Notes under the pieces: generated by a model
The model's database searches: none
What the model was told of the DNA's origin: nothing
The model's input: only the letters and a program-made list of their open reading frames with translations
Part shown: piece by piece, positions 60,851 to 64,000 of the stretch
Layout: the number at the start of each line of letters is the position of its first letter
How positions within the stretch are numbered: position 1 is the stretch's first letter
Assembly (NCBI GenBank): GCA_048885535.1
Contig: JBHLLO010000001.1
Span: 32,001 to 96,000, forward strand
DNA: 64,000 nt
Direction of reading: 5' to 3'
Source: Candidatus Hermodarchaeota archaeon
Lineage (GTDB): Archaea; Asgardarchaeota; Lokiarchaeia; Sigyniarchaeales; SOKP01
Translations under genes and position numbers: made by a program

Positions 60851-61966
60851 TTATTTTATATCAATTAATATATTTGCTAATACATCTAACATCTCTTGAA
60901 GGTCTTTGAGTTGAATTTCTCCCATATGACCAATTCGAAATGTTTTATTTGCAAGATCTCCATACCCATTAACAATTCGAAAACCTTTTTCTAGAAGTAA
61001 AGAAACCATTTGGGGAATATTAAGATCTAACGAATTTTTGATTGTAGAAACAGTATTGGACTCATAACCTTTCTCAGGAAACATATCAAGATTGACATTT
61101 TCTACCCATTTGCGAGTTATTTCCCCTAATTGTCTATGTCTCTCAAATCTTTTTTCTAAACCTTCAATATTAAGAATATAATCTAATTGTGCAGTTAACC
61201 CTCTTATTTGAGGTATAGGAGGAGTTGTTGGAGTTTGATGTTTAGCAACATGTCTTTTATGCAAGTCAATGAAATCAAAATATAAACCCCTATTTTTTAC
61301 ATTTTTTGCTTTCTCTACAGCGACATCAGAAATAGAGCAAACAGCTAGCCCTGGAGGTAAAGCAAAACATTTTTGAACAGAAGCTAAACAAACATCTATT
61401 TTTAATTTATCTACCTCAATTTTTACTCCTGCCATCGAAGATGTAGCATCTACACACAATAAAGCGCCTGAGTCTTTAACTACTGGTGCTATTTTTTCGA
61501 TTGGATTATAAACTCCAGTAGAAGTTTCATTTGCTTGAATGAACACTACTGAATATTTTTCCTTACTTAAAGCTTTTTGAGCGAATTCGGGTGTTATTGC
61601 TTTACCCCACTCAACTCCTTCTTTAATAGAATCTTTTCCATTGGTTTCTCCTATTTCAAACCATCGATCTCCAAAAGCTCCAATCGAGAAGAATAAACCT
61701 TTTTCATCCTCCTTAATTAAATTTCTTACACACGCTTCCATTATCCCCGTTGCACTTGATGTAAAAATTAAACATTCATTTTTAGTATATAGTAATTTTT
61801 GAAGACCTTCTGTGGCTAATTGGTGCATTTCTGAATAAGGTTTAGATCTATGAGTGTCATTTGGCTTTGCCATCTCTTTTAATATTCTTTCTGGCACATA
61901 AACTGGACCTGGAGTAAACAATTTTAATTGCGAACCTTCTTCCCTATTAAAATGAATTTCGGACAT
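60851..61966 (-). CDS. Class V aminotransferase (serine-glyoxylate / phosphoserine aminotransferase-like)
   Basis: FTPGP, NETSTGV, VDATSS, SVQKCFALPPG, FRIGHMG. Confidence 0.88.
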   Translation of the reverse strand: MSEIHFNREEGSQLKLFTPGPVYVPERILKEMAKPNDTHRSKPYSEMHQLATEGLQKLLYTKNECLIFTSSATGIMEACVRNLIKEDEKGLFFSIGAFGDRWFEIGETNGKDSIKEGVEWGKAITPEFAQKALSKEKYSVVFIQANETSTGVYNPIEKIAPVVKDSGALLCVDATSSMAGVKIEVDKLKIDVCLASVQKCFALPPGLAVCSISDVAVEKAKNVKNRGLYFDFIDLHKRHVAKHQTPTTPPIPQIRGLTAQLDYILNIEGLEKRFERHRQLGEITRKWVENVNLDMFPEKGYESNTVSTIKNSLDLNIPQMVSLLLEKGFRIVNGYGDLANKTFRIGHMGEIQLKDLQEMLDVLANILIDIK

Positions 61967-62042
61967 AATCGTTTTATATTTTAGATTAGTTAAAAATTTT
62001 TAGTAGAATATGATAAATTTAACTTTAGTGTTGTTATAATTT

Positions 62043-62723
62043 TTATTCTTTGGCTAACTTTCTCAGTTCTATCATTCGGTTGATGTCGTACTGAGAATAA
62101 TCACCTAAGATATAGAAAAAGTATTTAAAATTTCTCAATCTTAAAGATAATTCATATTCACTTAAATACATAATTGCCCGGAAAATGATATTAATTAATA
62201 AAGAAATAGAAAATGCAACAATATAAAAAAGATAAAAATATTCTGCCGAAGCAAATGCCATAATTGTAAGAATAATTGTAAAAGTTCCAGCTATTATATT
62301 CATTAAGCGATATCTGAATGGATATTCTTTTATAATAAGACCTTTTATTGTTCCAGCTATACCAACGAGTAACAGGGGAAAACTCATGAGATATATTACT
62401 TCAGCTATACCAACGTTTGGTCGTGAAAAAATTATAAGTAGAACGTAAAAACTAAAAGCTGTAAAGGCTACTCCAAGTATAATTTGTAACGCATTTAAAG
62501 CTTTTTCTCTAAGCTTTTTGAATAAACCTTTACCAATCTTGTAAATTCCATAAAAGAAAAGCGTAATTATGGGGTATACAATAATTGACATTAAAGCGAC
62601 TAACTTTAAGAATATAGCTAATATAAAGAAATTTATAATTAAAATAATTGACATTACATTATCAGCACGTATTTTTTGCTTAAGCATTACATTCTCAATA
62701 ATATAGCTCAAAGAAATATTCAC
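62043..62723 (-). CDS. Hypothetical membrane protein
   Basis: About 6 hydrophobic helices. Confidence 0.65.
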   Translation of the reverse strand: MNISLSYIIENVMLKQKIRADNVMSIILIINFFILAIFLKLVALMSIIVYPIITLFFYGIYKIGKGLFKKLREKALNALQIILGVAFTAFSFYVLLIIFSRPNVGIAEVIYLMSFPLLLVGIAGTIKGLIIKEYPFRYRLMNIIAGTFTIILTIMAFASAEYFYLFYIVAFSISLLINIIFRAIMYLSEYELSLRLRNFKYFFYILGDYSQYDINRMIELRKLAKE

Positions 62724-62827
62724 CTAAATAAAATAATAGTTATGAAAACTTATTAAATTATTGAGTAAGTTTATTTTTATAAATTTTATTCAAATAATAA
62801 CCCAAAAAACTTTACTAATAGCAGGGA

Positions 62828-63778
62828 TTATAAGAAAAGTATTATATAATTACCTAAAATGATTAATATAACAGCGAGTAAAAATCTTTTTCTAAATTTT
62901 TCTTTCAGGATTAAAATTGAAAAAATTTGTTGAACCATGGGGGTATTAGCAGTAATTGTTGCAGTTAAAACTAAGCCATTTATTTCAGCAGCTTTTATAA
63001 ATATTGCATCAGCCAAACCCAAAGATAATATGCCTGCAATTCCTATTAAAATGAAATACTTTAAATTTTTCCGATTTTCCTTCCTAAATCCATCGTAATA
63101 TTCTTTTTTAAAAACTCCAAGAATTGTAACCATTACAAAACCGAAACCAACTCTGAAGAAATTAGAGACAAAAACATCTCCAATTAATATATTAGCTGGG
63201 TTAAATGTGACATAAGCAAACGTAATATATGCAACTGCCCAAAAAAAAGCTGTACCAATTGCTAATAATACACCTATAATTAGATCCTCTGATATTTTTT
63301 CTTTAAGACTTCCTCTTGCATTTATTCGCGTAGGTTTATCTTTTGAACTTAATATAAACACACTTGATAAAATTAGAGCTCCTCCGATTAATATAGAAAT
63401 AGTTATTTCATCTCCAAAGAGAAAGAAAGAGAAGGGATATACAAATACTAGTGATAATTGAGTAAGTGGATAAGCTCTAGATGCATCAATCTTCTTCAAG
63501 GACATATAATATAATAAATCTCCAATTGTTACACTCAAACCAGATATAAAACATATAAAAATAAACATTAGAACTTCTATGTAAGGCATATTTTGAAGAA
63601 ATAAATAACTCCCAAAAATTATTGAGATTATAAATGTGCTTAGGCTGACACAACACAACCTAAAGAATAAATTTGGTTTTGCTTGAGTTTTTTGAAGACC
63701 CCATTTATAGACTAGTGAAGCTAAAGCCCATGTAAATAAGGCATCCATAGCTAGTAAATAACCAATTAATTCAGCCAT
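62828..63778 (-). CDS. DMT/EamA-family transporter
   Basis: Two EamA halves (GDLLYYMSLKKIDASRAYP; LILKEKF), about 10 TM. Confidence 0.88.
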   Translation of the reverse strand: MAELIGYLLAMDALFTWALASLVYKWGLQKTQAKPNLFFRLCCVSLSTFIISIIFGSYLFLQNMPYIEVLMFIFICFISGLSVTIGDLLYYMSLKKIDASRAYPLTQLSLVFVYPFSFFLFGDEITISILIGGALILSSVFILSSKDKPTRINARGSLKEKISEDLIIGVLLAIGTAFFWAVAYITFAYVTFNPANILIGDVFVSNFFRVGFGFVMVTILGVFKKEYYDGFRKENRKNLKYFILIGIAGILSLGLADAIFIKAAEINGLVLTATITANTPMVQQIFSILILKEKFRKRFLLAVILIILGNYIILFL

Positions 63779-63840
63779 AATCTATAAGGTATTTAATATT
63801 ATTTTAAAACTATATCAAATGCTAAATAATTGAAAACAAG

Positions 63841-63999
63841 TTAAGGCTTTTTAACCAACAAATAAATTGACACACTCAAAATCCATGTAGAAATCGCAAA
63901 AGTCATAATCCATTCAATAAAAGGTATCCATGTTAATATAAATAATATAATAATTATAATAGTGGTAAATCCCAGATATGAAAGAAATCTATCAAAATG
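63841..63999 (-). CDS. 3' end of a membrane protein running off the right edge
   Basis: Open frame HFDRFLSYLGFTTIIIIILFILTWIPFIEWIMTFAISTWILSVSIYLLVKKP* ending at 63841. Confidence 0.6.
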   Translation of the reverse strand, partial: HFDRFLSYLGFTTIIIIILFILTWIPFIEWIMTFAISTWILSVSIYLLVKKP

Positions 64000-64000
64000 A

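Overview
AT-rich, gene-dense archaeal chromosomal DNA, most likely from an Asgard archaeon of the Lokiarchaeia type. This is inferred from SepCysS, an Lsm-rpl37e pair, PINA, SepF, and eukaryote-signature-type proteins (ubiquitin-like protein, Roadblock/LC7, longin/uDENN-like, LRR and long coiled-coil proteins). About 63 CDSs are present, mostly housekeeping and metabolic, plus one tRNA-Leu(UAA) split by three BHB-type introns. I saw no CRISPR array, rRNA, integrase or transposase. The most notable observations are: the three-intron tRNA, in the same window as a splicing-endonuclease subunit lacking its catalytic His; a Ubl(GG-I) / Pro-rich micro-protein / wHTH / LRR-PIP-box neighbourhood; an HhH(DUF4332)-transglutaminase-like protease fusion; a J-domain-less SSUH2-like zinc-finger protein; an Ltp3/Ltp4-like DUF35-thiolase aldolase operon; a SIRT6-like sirtuin; a two-TM surface protein with an unnamed ~120-aa repeat; and a DUF1015-serA-aminotransferase cluster. 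All family calls come from motif recognition by eye and from memory. No database searches were run.
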